A DNA stretch of 50,682 nucleotides from Chromera velia (taxonomy: Eukaryota): contig JAHBMJ010000315.1 in assembly GCA_018398765.1 (NCBI GenBank), positions 1 through 50,682 on the forward strand, read 5' to 3'. The notes below the pieces were generated by a model. The model was not told the DNA's origin, ran no database searches, and was given only the letters and a program-made list of their open reading frames with translations. Positions 11,801 to 24,182 of the stretch are shown one piece after another (the stretch's first letter is position 1; each line of letters starts with the position of its first letter). The translations under genes were made by a program, and so were the position numbers.

Positions 11801-13136
11801 AGAGAGAGACCGAAAAATGCAGGCAGAGGCTGCAACGGAAAGAAAGGCGCAGAAGAAAGATTGACGGAGGCAGATGCAGAAGGGCCAAAAAAGCTTGAGG
11901 ACACACATAATGACTGCTTCTGCTTCCCACACAAACGAACCCAAACGAACCACCCGCCCACCCACAGACCTGGATAGGTTGCACTTGATGTTGGAGAACG
12001 TTCCTGTACGTGTACTCGAACTTTTCATACTTGCTCAGGAGGGGCAGCCGGGTTTGGAACACGTGCCATATGTAGTTTCTGTACAACTCAAAGTTGGCGA
12101 TGTCGTGGTCTGTGCGGACGGACGAGCAGCGTCGGTCGACCTTCAGAATAATATGCACCCCCTTCTGCATCATCATGAGCAGAATCCTGGTCTGTGCCGG
12201 TGGGAGCACGATGGCATTTTGGGAGTTGTATGTGAAGGTCTCTTCTGGGATGATGAGGTTTTTCACGGGCTCTGCCAGCCACCGCTGAATAAAAATCGGG
12301 TCCTTGGGGAGATCTGGGGTCATTTCGAGAGAGACGGTGAGACGGTTTGAGTCCACCAGTCCTTTGAAATTCACCCAAATTCTCCACCCATCGACTTGGT
12401 CGAGACCCTTCGGTGCCTTGCTCAGTCTGTACCGCTTCTTTTCTGCTGCGTCGAAATGAGCGGGGGGCACCACATCCATGGGAACGACCCCATCGTCCGT
12501 TTTCTTTGTCTTCGCTTGCTCTTCCTTCTTCAATCTCGCTTCCTCTTGCTCCTTCATTCTCGCTGCCGCTGTCGGGTCCGCCTCGTCCACGTGCTTTGAG
12601 TACTCTTTGAAAAGCTCGGGGACGAAACCACCAAAGCGCTCAAAGTATTCTTTTGGCAGAATGAGAGGAATGCGGACGGAAAACTGAATTTGCCCGTCGA
12701 GGAGGGGGGCAATGGCTTTCGCGTAGCGGGTGGGGCAGAGGTAGTCAGGGGTGGGAAGGATACAACCGTGGAAACCACAGTGCAGCGCCCAGTTCATTTC
12801 TTTCACCAGGGCCTTCAGACTGAATACCCGGTAATCCTCGAAGACTTTCGGAGAGTCTGTGGAAATCCACTCGGAACACTTTCCAACGACCCAACCTGAC
12901 CACCCCCCTGGAGCCTGCTGCTCCATGCGGAGGTCACTGCCGGAAGCCACGGTCATGTCATACTCCTTCGGCATATGCCCCTCCGCCACTTGTGACGGGG
13001 AACAGGCGATGGGAAGGACACACATGTGCACTTGGGCTAGTTCTGTCTCATGTCGAACGACTTGAATGTCCCTACCACGAATAGCCTCGATCTCCCTGCC
13101 CATGTAACACTTCTGAGGGTCATCCTCTCTCTTCAT
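6503..13136 (-). CDS. PRMT5: PRMT5-family protein arginine N-methyltransferase (divergent), 10 exons, ~741 aa
   Basis: Exons (minus): 13136-11970, 11561-11502, 11156-10962, 10391-10218, 9941-9884, 9219-9119, 8483-8407, 8118-8028, 7091-6907, 6620-6503. All are GT-AG with consistent phases (2226 nt). Motifs: TIM barrel ([25 protein letters not shown]), [75 protein letters not shown]. Confidence 0.95.
7415..7985. repeat. (GAAA)n-type purine microsatellite in a PRMT5 intron
   Basis: About 570 bp of GAAA/GGAA/GACA tetramers. It generates the spurious K/E/R-rich and F/L/S-rich ORFs. Confidence 0.95.
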
Positions 13137-14099
13137 TCTGTGAAGAAGCGATCAAGAACTGAGTGGAGCAACGAGGAGGGAAAACGACCAAACGTTCACG
13201 ACGACCGTGCAGTTCAAAAATCGGTCGAAGGTCTGCAGCGCAGGCTACCGCACGCACCAGAAGAGGAACAGGGCAGAACGGCAAAGAAATAACACCGGCT
13301 GGCTTTCTTCTCAGGATTGAGTGGCTGATCGATTGTCACCTCCTGTTGCGCACCGTCTCGGAGCCAGGGTATCCGAGGGGACTTCCCTCAGGAATTCCTG
13401 TACCAGAAATCGGGAGACGCGGTGAGAGAGTGCATTCAGACAATAGCATACAATCTGGCTGCCCTACCAGTCTTCTCTTCTGCTGTACTCGCCCAATTTA
13501 AGTTCCTTTACCGACGTCTCCTATCGTCTAGCTAGCTCATAGCTATATATAGCTCCTATAGCTCGATCATGCAGCATGCATGTTCCTTGAGGTTTGTGCA
13601 TGCGATTCCGCGCGCGCGCATGATTCTTTGCGCGGAGCTATCGATATATTATATATAGGTATTATACCATTCAATTTCAATATTCAATATCCTGTTTGCT
13701 GCTTCCTTTGGACCAATTAAAGACCACACAGCCAGGAAGCCGCGATTCAAATCACAACGGCACCTTTTTGAGTGAAAAGGACAACCAGTGAAGGGAGATA
13801 TCAGTCATCAAAGTTTTGGCAAGTGTTATTCATAGTAGAGGGACCTATTGTTACACCATAGTCAAAATGGGCCTTCACAGCACGTCACAGAGGCCCCATG
13901 ACACCACAAACCCCCGCTGAGTACCCACAGCTCTGAAGTTTTGCCGGTAGAGGTCACAACACAGACAACAGTAGTGGGACCCCAGGGCACAACCAAGACA
14001 TGCGACTTCAAGAGGCGGAGGGAGGAAGAGAGAGGGGAAAGGCTCCCAGAGGCCCGGAGCCGGACAGGATTGGCTCAGGACATCTCAAGCGATCAAGAC

Positions 14100-14690
14100 A
14101 AATCCCACCCACGCCTACGCACAGCCCTCAACGCTCCTCCACAACCCTCCAGCTCAAAGAACCCGCCGAACCGCCGATACATGCAGCCCCTCCCAGACCC
14201 TGCTGGTTACTGCTGGTCCAGGACATACCACCTCAACAAGCCAGTTTGCCCATGCACGTGCATCGAGGCCTACAGCCTCCACATCGGTCTCAAGGTTTGC
14301 AACGCACAACGGCGGCGTCACTCCATGTCACTTTCTCTCTCAAATTTCCGCCACTGCAGCACTCATGCAGCCTCCGGCCCACTACCGCACCCACCACGAT
14401 CACCCAGCACGCCCCCCCACTCTAGGCCTGCGAACCTCTTTCCAATAAATACGTCAACAGTCCTTTCCCCCCTTTGAAGGTCCACATCAAGCCGCACATG
14501 AGGCCAGCTCGTAAGACCCGCAACGCCACGCAGCCCTCTCTATACTCCCGGCCAAAGGACTGCACCCAACCTCTACATATTCCAACCTCTACCGGAGGCC
14601 TCCCCTACCATCCTTTACCCCTGTGTACAACCACTGATCCGGCCCGCCTACAAGCCCCATTCTTTGGCGAACCCAGCTTCGCAATTAGTG
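14100..14690 (+). pseudogene. Decayed non-LTR retrotransposon reverse-transcriptase fragment
   Basis: Frame-shifted peptides appear in RT order: LLLVQDIPPQQASL (region after YADD), IEAYSLHIGLKV (compare xxFSxxIGLxxN), SNKYV (compare YKYLG), LHIPTSTGGLP (compare LYLPxxxGGLG). The catalytic YADD itself is not intact. Confidence 0.45.
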
Positions 14691-16290
14691 AGTGAATGAA
14701 TGCATGGATCTATACATGAATGAATGAATGAATAAATGCATGAAGAAATGAATGAACGAATGAATGAATGAATGAATAAATGGATAGATGAATGGATGAA
14801 TGGAAGGCTGAATGGATGAATGAATGAATGAATGAATGAAGGGGTGGATAGATGGATGGATGGATGGATTGATGGATAAATGAATGAATGAGTGAGTGAG
14901 TGAATGAATAAATGAATGAAAGAATGAATAAGTGATTGGACGAATGAACGGATGAACGAATGAATGAGTGAGTGAATGAATGAACGAATGAGTAAATGTG
15001 TGCATGAATGAATGAATGGATGCAATTCAAGGGATGGATGGATGAATGGATGGATGAATAGATGGATAGATGGATGGACGGATGGAGGAACGAATAGACA
15101 AATGGATGCCAGCCCTTCCGATGTCGGGAAAAGAGAGGAGAGGCTAGGAGAGGCGACAAGGGGTTCTCCCATCCCAGCCCTTCGATGTCGGGAGAGGAGA
15201 AGAGAGAAGAGCAGAGGCGACAAGGGGTTGTTCCATTCTAGCGCGCCCAGACAGGAGAGGAAAAGTGAAGCGAGATCATCCTATTTCAGCCCCTTGAATG
15301 AACGAACGAATGAATGGATGAATGAATAAATGAATGAATAAATGAATGAATGAACGAATGAATGAATTGAATGAATGAATGAATGAATGAATAGATGGAT
15401 GGACAGATAGATGGATGCATGGATAGACGAATGGATGAATGGATAGATGGACGGATAGATGGATGGATGGACGAATGGATGAATGAATGGATGAATGGAT
15501 GGATGGATAGATGAATGGACGAATGGATGAATGGATGAATGGATGGATGAAAGGATGAATAGATGAATGGATCGGTGAATGGATGGATGGATGGATGAAT
15601 GGACGAATGGATGGATGAATAGACGAATGGATGAATGGATGGATGAATGGATGAATGGATGCATGAATAAACAAATGGATGAATGAATGGATGAAAGGAT
15701 GGATGAATGGACGAATGGATGCATGAATGGACGAATGGATGAATGGATGGAAGAAAGGATGAATGGATGATTGGATGGACGGATGCCAGCCCCCTCGATC
15801 AATGTCGGGAGGAGAAACTTCAAGCGGAGGCGAGACGAGGTTGTTCCATCCCAACCTCTTTAATTTTGGAAAAGGAGGGGAGAGGCGGGTAGGGATCGTC
15901 CCATCCTAGCCCCTTAGATGGTGGGAGAGGAGAAGAGAGGGGAGGAGAGGAGGAGAGACGGGAGGAGAGGAAAGTAGCTAGGGAGAGTAGAGGATCCCGA
16001 GAGGAGAGGAGAGGAGAGGCGAGAAGGGGTTGCCCCATCCCAGCCCTTTCGATGACGGAAGTGGAGAGGAGAGGCGAGGAGGCGTCGTTCCATTCTAGCC
16101 CATCCCAGCCCTTCATTGTTAGGAGAAATCCTCCTATTCTAGCCCCTATAGAATGAATGACTGAATCGATGAATGAATAAATGAATGAATGAAAGAATGG
16201 ACGAATAAATGAACGAATAAGTGACTAACTGAGTGAGTGAGTGAATGAGTGAGTGAATGAATGAATGAATGAATGAATAAATAAATGAAG
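14686..16290. repeat. Composite satellite: (GAAT/GGAT)n tracts alternating with a ~60-bp minisatellite
   Basis: GAAT/GGAT tracts at ~14686-15105, 15295-15785 and 16150-16290. Units of CAGCCCTTCGATGTCGGG..GAGGCGAnAAGGGGTT..CCATCC lie at ~15107-15290 and 15783-16148. Confidence 0.85.
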
Positions 16291-16402
16291 GGACACATTC
16301 ATGAAATCTTGTATTGGTTTTTCATGGTTTCTGCGTGCTTCGCCTGGTTTTCTATTACGCACGACCGCTTAGTCTGATTACCTGTTTGGCTTTGTAACCC
16401 CC

Positions 16403-16590
16403 GTGTGTGTGTGTATGTGTGTATGTGTGTGTGTATATGTGTGTGTGTGTGTATATCTGTGTCTGTGTCTGTGTCTATGACTATGTCTGTGACTGTGTCT
16501 GTGTCTCGGTCTGGGTCTGTGTCTGTATGCGTGTGCGAGTGTGTGAAAAAGAGAGAGAGGGGGTGTCTGTGTGTGTGTGCATATGTGTCA

Positions 16591-16627
<37 letters not shown>

Positions 16628-16790
16628 ATGTGTGTGTGTGTGTGTGTATGTGTGTGTGTGTATGTCTATGTGTGTGTGTGTGTGTGTATGTGTGTGACTG
16701 TGTGTAAGTGTGTGTAAATGTTCATGTGTACGCATGTATTAGTGTATGTGGGTGTACTAAGTGTTGGGTGGGTGTGTATGTGGATGTACT
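16403..16790. repeat. (TG)n microsatellite
   Basis: Imperfect TG/TA dinucleotide tract. Confidence 0.95.
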
Positions 16791-17399
16791 CACTGCCTCA
16801 CGCTGCCCGTAGCCCTCCCTAGTCTGCCTTCAGTCAAACCTGGCTGCGTGATACTGAGTGACTGTTACCTCTGCATGGTGTGACCCGTTCTGGGTTACGC
16901 GCTGGCTCTGACCATCAACAGACACCACGCCATGTATGTATATATCCATTGACACATGAACATCACCGCACGTGCACCTCACCACACCTGCATGGCAGGG
17001 GGGGGTGGGAAAAGAGCGTCTGGAGGAGGTTTTTTAGCCGCTGGCGCTTGGGGGTGGGGGTTGATCGAAGCTGGTCAACCACTTTCAGTTGGTCTCCTCT
17101 ATGCAGGGCGGCGCCTGACAATCGAGATGCAGATTATCAATGCCGCTGGAGCGTTTTGATGGCGTTTAGGCTTTTTTTTCCCATAGACGCAAGTCTGCAT
17201 GCTTGTGCGGGTTTTTTGTCTAGGAACTCATTAGATAACGCTACAAAGTAGACTAACACTAACCATGCATACTAGTGGGGGGGCTGGCCATGTTTGGCGT
17301 ACCTGGCGTACAGGCGCACCCCGACCAAACTATAAACTATATATAATTTATATATATAGGGCTAAATCCCCGTGACGCCGTGAGCCATCCAAGGCACTC

Positions 17400-17600
17400 G
17401 ATCGATCCTGCATGCTATAGCTAATACCTAATAGCTTAATTGACTGCGGGATCGATCGAAGTTAATTCATGAATTGCATGCCGCGCGCGTGTCTATACGC
17501 CGCGCTGTTGCAGTGTTGCATGGCCGGCTTTTGAAACCATGCATGCGCCATGCGAAACCATGCTGGCTCCGCATCACTCTTTTTCCCATGCATGCAAGAA
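17400..17600. promoter_or_regulatory. Cluster of TGCATG/CATG motifs upstream of the ASH-like gene (putative ApiAP2-type cis elements)
   Basis: TGCATG occurs near 17409, 17476, 17518, 17540 and 17589. A similar cluster lies at 13568-13622 upstream of PRMT5. TGCATGCA is a known ApiAP2 target in apicomplexans; function here is inferred. Confidence 0.35.
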
Positions 17601-17878
17601 ATTGCCTTCGATGATCGATGTCAACTAGCTATTGTCAAGTGAATCCGTACCGGCGAACATGCATTCACATGCTCCCGAGATTTTTTTCTTGGTAGGTGCC
17701 GATGGCACGTCCGTCTTTCCTGCGTGACACAGGGCTGGCTCAATTCAGACATCTTCTCTGAAGATCTTTCAAGATATTCACATACGTGTTGTTTGTTCGT
17801 CAACCACCTGTTTGTCAAGTGTTGCTCGTCTGTTGATTGGCGCTGAGGTGTCCGCCCCAACCCTGGAATTCCGGCAGC

Positions 17879-19013
17879 ATGGTTCTCAAAGTCGTGCCCG
17901 AGTTCCTTCGTTGGACAGGTCAGCGATAGTGTGTCTTCGCAGCAATGTGCATGTCTGTTTTCAATTAACAATTTAAAGAAAGAAAAAAACGCGTGCAAGG
18001 TCAATTGATATATCGTTACTGACGACGGCTGAATATCCATCTGTATTCCTTCATCATTTGGCGTGTGTAGGGGATCACCGGGAAGAGAGGCGACTGCTGG
18101 TCATGAACATCACCGAGGGAGGGCTGAACATCGTGGTGCAAGGTCAGCCTGGCTCCTGTCAGAGACGTACATATATCAGGTGCAGCTTTGCTTGACGTTT
18201 TGTTCTTGCGTACGGATGTAGATGGGACACTTACCACATATTTGGAATCAAAAGCGGTTGCTGACTAACACAAGAAAATGTTTGTTGACAAGCTGAAGCA
18301 GAGTACTCCACTGAAGCCATGTAGACTGATATCTACCCCTCCAAGCCGCATTTACAGCAATCGAGAAACACCCATGCATGACTGCCCGTATACTCCTTGC
18401 AGGCCCCGGACAGGGTTTCGAGCTCTGTGAGCACGCCATTCAGGACAAGAGGATTCACCTTCAGCCTGGACAGAAGTTGAGCCTCACGGTGAAGCCAACA
18501 GGTTGCGCGGAGGGTCTAAAAGAGGCACAAGAGCAACAGAGGAATCAGACCGACGAGGAAGAACCAACCGAGATCAAGACAGGACTCCTCGAAGGATTTC
18601 AGGGTCAGCACTGCAGCCTGGACGATGGTTGTGTTTCTTTCTCGTCTCTATTGTGTTTTCGGGAAGCTTTTTGTGAAGTTTCGGGAGTGCCCAAGGTCTG
18701 TTTTGATCAAGATGCAGCTGAACATGAGACATGCAACCCAACCGTCTCAAATCTCTGAAGTAATGTCGCCTTCTTTCTTGCATCTTGGTGTCGCATGTCG
18801 GCTGGTGTTCATGTGTCTACGAAACATTCTCACTGCAGACATGGTGTCAATCCACGGAGAGTTGGTAGCTTCCGTCCACTGTCGCCTGGTGTGGTTGGAA
18901 CAGAAGGAGACAGCATCATCCAGTCCTCCCTCCCGTCTCTCAGAACTCGACAGCAGAGACGCTCTGTGGCCTTCTCTTCAGGTCAGCACATGTTGTGATG
19001 GAGAGAGCAAGAT

Positions 19014-19056
<43 letters not shown>

Positions 19057-19059
19057 CAC

Positions 19060-19090
<31 letters not shown>

Positions 19091-19100
19091 TACACATACA

Positions 19101-19180
<80 letters not shown>

Positions 19181-20462
19181 AAACGACATACTATTGTTCG
19201 CTTCAAAAGACAGCCGGTCCTCTTTTTTCGGTGCAACGCTTGAACCCAAGGGGCCGTTCGCAACAAATCGTGTTGTCTACTTTTTTTCTGTGACGCAAGA
19301 CGGGCTCTTCTGGCATCTTATTATCATATGAATAATCAACGGTGTACGTATGCAGGACCTTCTGTCTACACGGAGCCCCCCGTCTGACTTCCTGTGCCAG
19401 ATCCCTCCGAGAAAGTCAAGAGCGTCGACCTCCAACTCTTCCTCCTTGCCCAGTTCTGTGGGTACAGCAGAACAAAAATTGCAGCGACACTCACACAGAC
19501 TGCACTGTGCTCCTGGAATCGACAGGGGAGTGTTGACAAACAAAACTCCGGGAAGACTCGAGACGAAGAGTCCGGCTCCCTCTCTGACTGAGTGTGCAGG
19601 CAGTGATAAGGATCAAACGCAGCCTGGGGATTTGTTGCCCTCTGTCTGTCTGGACGTTTCCGACCTCATCCGTTGTCTGTTCAAATGCGGAAACAGCTGG
19701 GTGGACTCTCGTGGTGTCGTCGTTGATATTGAAGCTCCGCCCCATTCCATATCCCAGTCAAAAGAAGAAACCGCCAACTCGTTCAATCAACCAAAGACAG
19801 TCGGAGACGCATCTTCCAAGGACCACCATGCAGGCTCGTCTCTCTCATCTTTGACCAACAGTCTCGGTCACCATTCGACTCTACAGTCGACGAAGGAGCA
19901 GAATCACGACAGCCATACGGTGTCTGTCATCCCCGCAGAGAAACCAATTGGTCGGGAAAAGTCAAAGGGTACGGACGGAAAAGAGTTTCGCAGCAAGCCA
20001 GAGAAAAAGGACAAGAGGAACCCGAGTAACCCCATGGCAGGAGGTCTCCAAATGATTCCCAAACCCTCCCCCATCCGACCTGAAGCCGTCTCGGACAGCG
20101 GAAGGTCGGGAGTGGGGAGCGACTTGGAGTCCGACTCTGATTCAGAAGGAGAGTTTGGAGGCAAGAGCACTTCAGGGGGGGCGCGGGTTATGAGGCCTGA
20201 TCCTTCTGGCTGTCACCACTCTCCCCTCACATCGTCTCTCTCCCCCTCACATTCGAGTAGCTGCCTTTCCCCCATCGTACCACCCCGGCATCCCTTTGTG
20301 TCCCCGTTTTCAAGTGCAAAAGACCAAAAGGTAGGAACAGACGGAATGCGAAACATGTCAGCAAGTCATTTGAAGATCAAGAACCCAAGTCTGACACAAA
20401 CGCAGCGACTTGCCCAAATCAAAGCACAGCAACAGGCGGCTTGGGATGCAATCGGTATCTAA
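17879..20462 (+). CDS. Protein with an N-terminal ASH/MSP (PapD-like Ig-fold) domain and a Ser/Pro-rich disordered tail, 5 exons, ~520 aa
   Basis: Exons: 17879-17918, 18071-18142, 18403-18603, 18839-18981, 19356-20462. All four donors are GTCAGC and phases are consistent. The spliced N-terminus [41 protein letters not shown] fits the ASH/MSP pattern (LxVxPxxLxF, LxLxN, LxPGxxxxLxV). Confidence 0.7.
19014..19172. repeat. (CA)n(GA)n microsatellite in intron 4 of the ASH-like gene
   Basis: Read directly from the sequence. Confidence 0.9.
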
Positions 20463-22934
20463 TGACTGCATCAAACGAGAGTTGCTAAAAGAGTAGTTTC
20501 TAAACAATTTCCAGAGATGTTTTTCTTTTACGGAAGCGTCTAGCTAGTTGTGATTCATACTGTTTCAATTATTCTATATAGCAATTATTTCTTAAACTAT
20601 AAATGTCGTCGATAAAAAAGCTTATAAAAGAAATTTTCAAATTCATAAATCTAATTATGTATGTTCATATGTGAAAGGCAAGCCGCCAGCCGCAAGCGTT
20701 AACTAGCTAGTAATTAAAATTTCTGAAAGCTTCTTCTTATTCTTTTTTTAAATTAATTTTTTTAATTAATGTTACTTATATATATATTCATAATACTTTG
20801 CTAATTTTAATTCATTTTAGCCTATGATATAGTAATAAATGTTTGTAAACAGTCTGAGTTAAATATTGAAATTTTAGCTGATTAGCTGTGCTGCTGATAT
20901 TAAATTAAATTTAGCTAGGAACGTTCTTGACCCCGCTCATTCCTTGACCTGCTTTAACATATTTTTCTCCCTTTTCATCCTTTTTATGATCGTGAACGTT
21001 TTCTGGGAACTTTTCCCACTCAAAAATAAAAAAAAAAAAATTAGCTAGGAATTTAGTCTGAGTAAGTTACGCTCGCACTAGCTCGCACTTTAAAACTAGC
21101 CACTTCTAGAGCCACTTTCATTTTAAAGCTACTTTTCTACTTAAAATATATATTTTTCACCCCAAGCTACCTCAAGCTCTTTAACTAGACTCGGAAGCAT
21201 TATATTAAGCGAGTTAAAGCAGACAATATTTCTTTCCGATTGCATTTCTTTCCTTATAGTAGATTTCCGACTATAGATTTTTGAAGTAGTAAAAAACAAA
21301 TTTTGGTTTGAGAACAGAGTATATGCATGGATGCTCAGTACTGTGCTATCATTCCTATATTCTATACTATGCAGCTTATAATGCTCTACATAATAGCGTT
21401 AGCTGCTGTAATGTAAGAACAGAAGAACGATCTGAATAATATCTGAATAGTTACGGTAAAATTAGTTATAAAAAAAACGTAACTTCAGGTTTTCTTCAAA
21501 TGGGTCTATATCTTACGTTAAAAATGTAACTTTAAGATTTTAAGGCCTATAGTCCCCCGTGTGCGGCCTTCATTGCACGTACATTGATCACGGTACGTAT
21601 ACGTGCGAGGCCGCGATTCATGTATGCACATGGAAGCACACTAAGGCCCGTTACAAAGTTTACTTCTCTGCTGATAAGGTATAAGGGTATAAGATCCTTT
21701 ATACCCCGATTCCTTACAAGGATGTCACAAAGATCTAACACTTCTAGACTAGATTCGAGTACGTTTCTCTCTCTTTCTTTTCCTTCCCCCCTCTCTCCCC
21801 CCCTCTTTCTATATCTCTCTTTCCAGCTCTTTTTCAGATTCCTCATTTTTTTCCCTTAATAGTAGCTACAGCTGCAGAGATTGAACATGAAAATGCACCG
21901 CCATCAGCTCTACCCGCGCCACCTATGCAACAAGGTGCCAACAACCACCAGTAAGTTCACTGACATAATTAAATGGCCAAACTCCTAGCCAACAACCAAT
22001 CTATGATCCATCTCTTCTTTTTTGGCTTGTCAATGAGAGGGGGGCCTAGCTAGGGGGCCTGGAGGAGCTCTATCTCCAAGGATTCCAGACGCTTCCCCAA
22101 AACCAGGAAGAGGGGGGAGGAGAAGAGCTGGGCTATCAATTAAGAGGAAGGAGATGAGGAAGCAGAGGGGGTGGAAGACTTCAAAACAGGGGAAAACGAA
22201 TGATAGATTAAGACTACTATATCAGTCTGGAGATTTACTGAATCAGATCGACAATCAAACTCGAAAACACCCACTATCATTACTACCATACGACTTCGAC
22301 AAATATCTAAGCTTCGAATGAGTCGAATCAGCCCTCAATTTCATAGTAACTTTGAAAAACAATTGATTATAGGCTCTGTTAAACTTAAACATTACATGAA
22401 CAACGATTGCTACATCAAATCCATATTTCTAACTTAGTTATGAATCAGTTTACAATCAGTTGATGCAACTTCATAATACTTTGTAGTTGACGCTTGTTGT
22501 TTAGGTGCTTTCCTACCTACCTAATGATAACTTTGCATAAATTACGCCCTTAACCGTAACATTTACATTTCAGTTTATATTATGCACTACATAAAACATA
22601 ATATGGCCTAACATGGCCCTTCGGGCCATGTATATGTAACAAAGTCACATATATTAGTTATGGCTAACACCACTATATATAATGCTCTCTAGTGGCATAA
22701 ACAAATCTACTAGCACTTCTAGTTGTATGTAATTATACACTTAGTTATAACATTACTAGATCTAGCTGATCAATTATTGCAGAATTTTGACTGAGGCTTA
22801 GTCAGCATGCATGCAATTTGTTCAGTTGAATCCATTTAACTCAAATAAGGAAGGAAACATCATTCAGGAAGCCATGCACTCAAACTAATTAATCTCACAG
22901 CGACCCTCGCTGGCCGGACTTGCATCTCAGAGCG

Positions 22935-23292
22935 CTAAAGATGACGCTGAGCCTGCGTTGGTGGTAACTTTGTTCCTGTCCAGGTTTCCGTCAGATCCAT
23001 CGACTCACGGGAGCCAACCATCCAGTCGGCCCAGTTCCTGCATACTCTCAGTGCACGCACATTGTCATGAAGCCATTGGAAGGGAGTCACGCAAGTTGCC
23101 TTGAAGGCTCGAAAGTAAAAATGACGTGGCACACACCGGAGAAAGATTCAGAAGGACAGGAAGGAACCAGCAGGTCATCGCATTGCTCATGCAACTTTCT
23201 GGGGCCCTCAACCCTGCATGCATTGCATGGCTTGAATTGACGAGATAGACAGATGGATGGTCTGAGGACACGCCATCACCTGCTGCAAGCAT
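22935..23292 (-). pseudogene. Possible decayed tyrosine-recombinase C-terminal fragment (DIRS/Crypton-like)
   Basis: HFYFRAFKATCVT..ALRVCRNWAD loosely resembles HSFRxxxAT..IxxxGRW. It is frameshifted and the catalytic residues are not intact. Confidence 0.2.
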
Positions 23293-24182
23293 TCAGATTC
23301 CCTTCCGAAAATTAATGCCTGCATGACTGGCTGACACTTCTGCTTTCCGATCGTGTGTCAAAATAATGTCTCGTGGCTAACGTTTGGTTGAGCCTGTGGT
23401 AGGCCAGCTGACCTCAGTTCTTGCGGCCTCAAGATAACGGAACCCATGCAGTCCTAATTCACAAGAATGAAAGGGGGGCCCGATCCAGAGAAGAGCTGCA
23501 TGGGTTGGGTGTGGGTGGACCTCTCAATGGGGAGAGTGAGATCGAGCAGACCTTCCCTTGATATCTCTTTCCCCCGTGCCCCCCCTCGGTTTTTGTATTC
23601 GGGGGGGCCCTTTAGAAATTTCGTCTCGGAAGTGTGAGGAGACGAGAGACTGGGGCTGCTCTCACATGCCCCCGCCCTCTCCCCATGCACTCCTTCTTTG
23701 CCCCCCCCGTTGCCTTTTCGCCATCACTGCGAGACATTGTCTCTGGATAGATCGGACAATAACCGAGACTCAAAGAGCTGCATGGAAGGGCTGCATTGCA
23801 GGGCGCGTATCCAGACATCCGGAAGATGAAAAGAGAGAGCCGTCCGTACGTGGGGCCAGCTCTCTCTCTTGCACTCGGTCTGCCCTCAAACTCTTCCCCC
23901 ACCCTTCTGAGACGGTTCCGTTCGGTCTGCTGACACGGAGCTCGGGAAAAGAAAAGGGAAGGGGGGCTTTCGGCATGATCCAGAAAACCCTCCGTCGAAG
24001 TCTCGGGAAGTTACATCCGCTTCCCCCCTCCCCTTCTGCACATTCAATCGCTCTTGACGACGTGGACTTGTAAACGGTGGGGGTTATCGGTCTGTCAGAC
24101 ACACGGGGGGGCAGACAGACGGAGACAGGGCCTGGTGGCACCTCTGTCGGTAAGAAAGACAAAGAGAAAGGCAGACAGGAAC

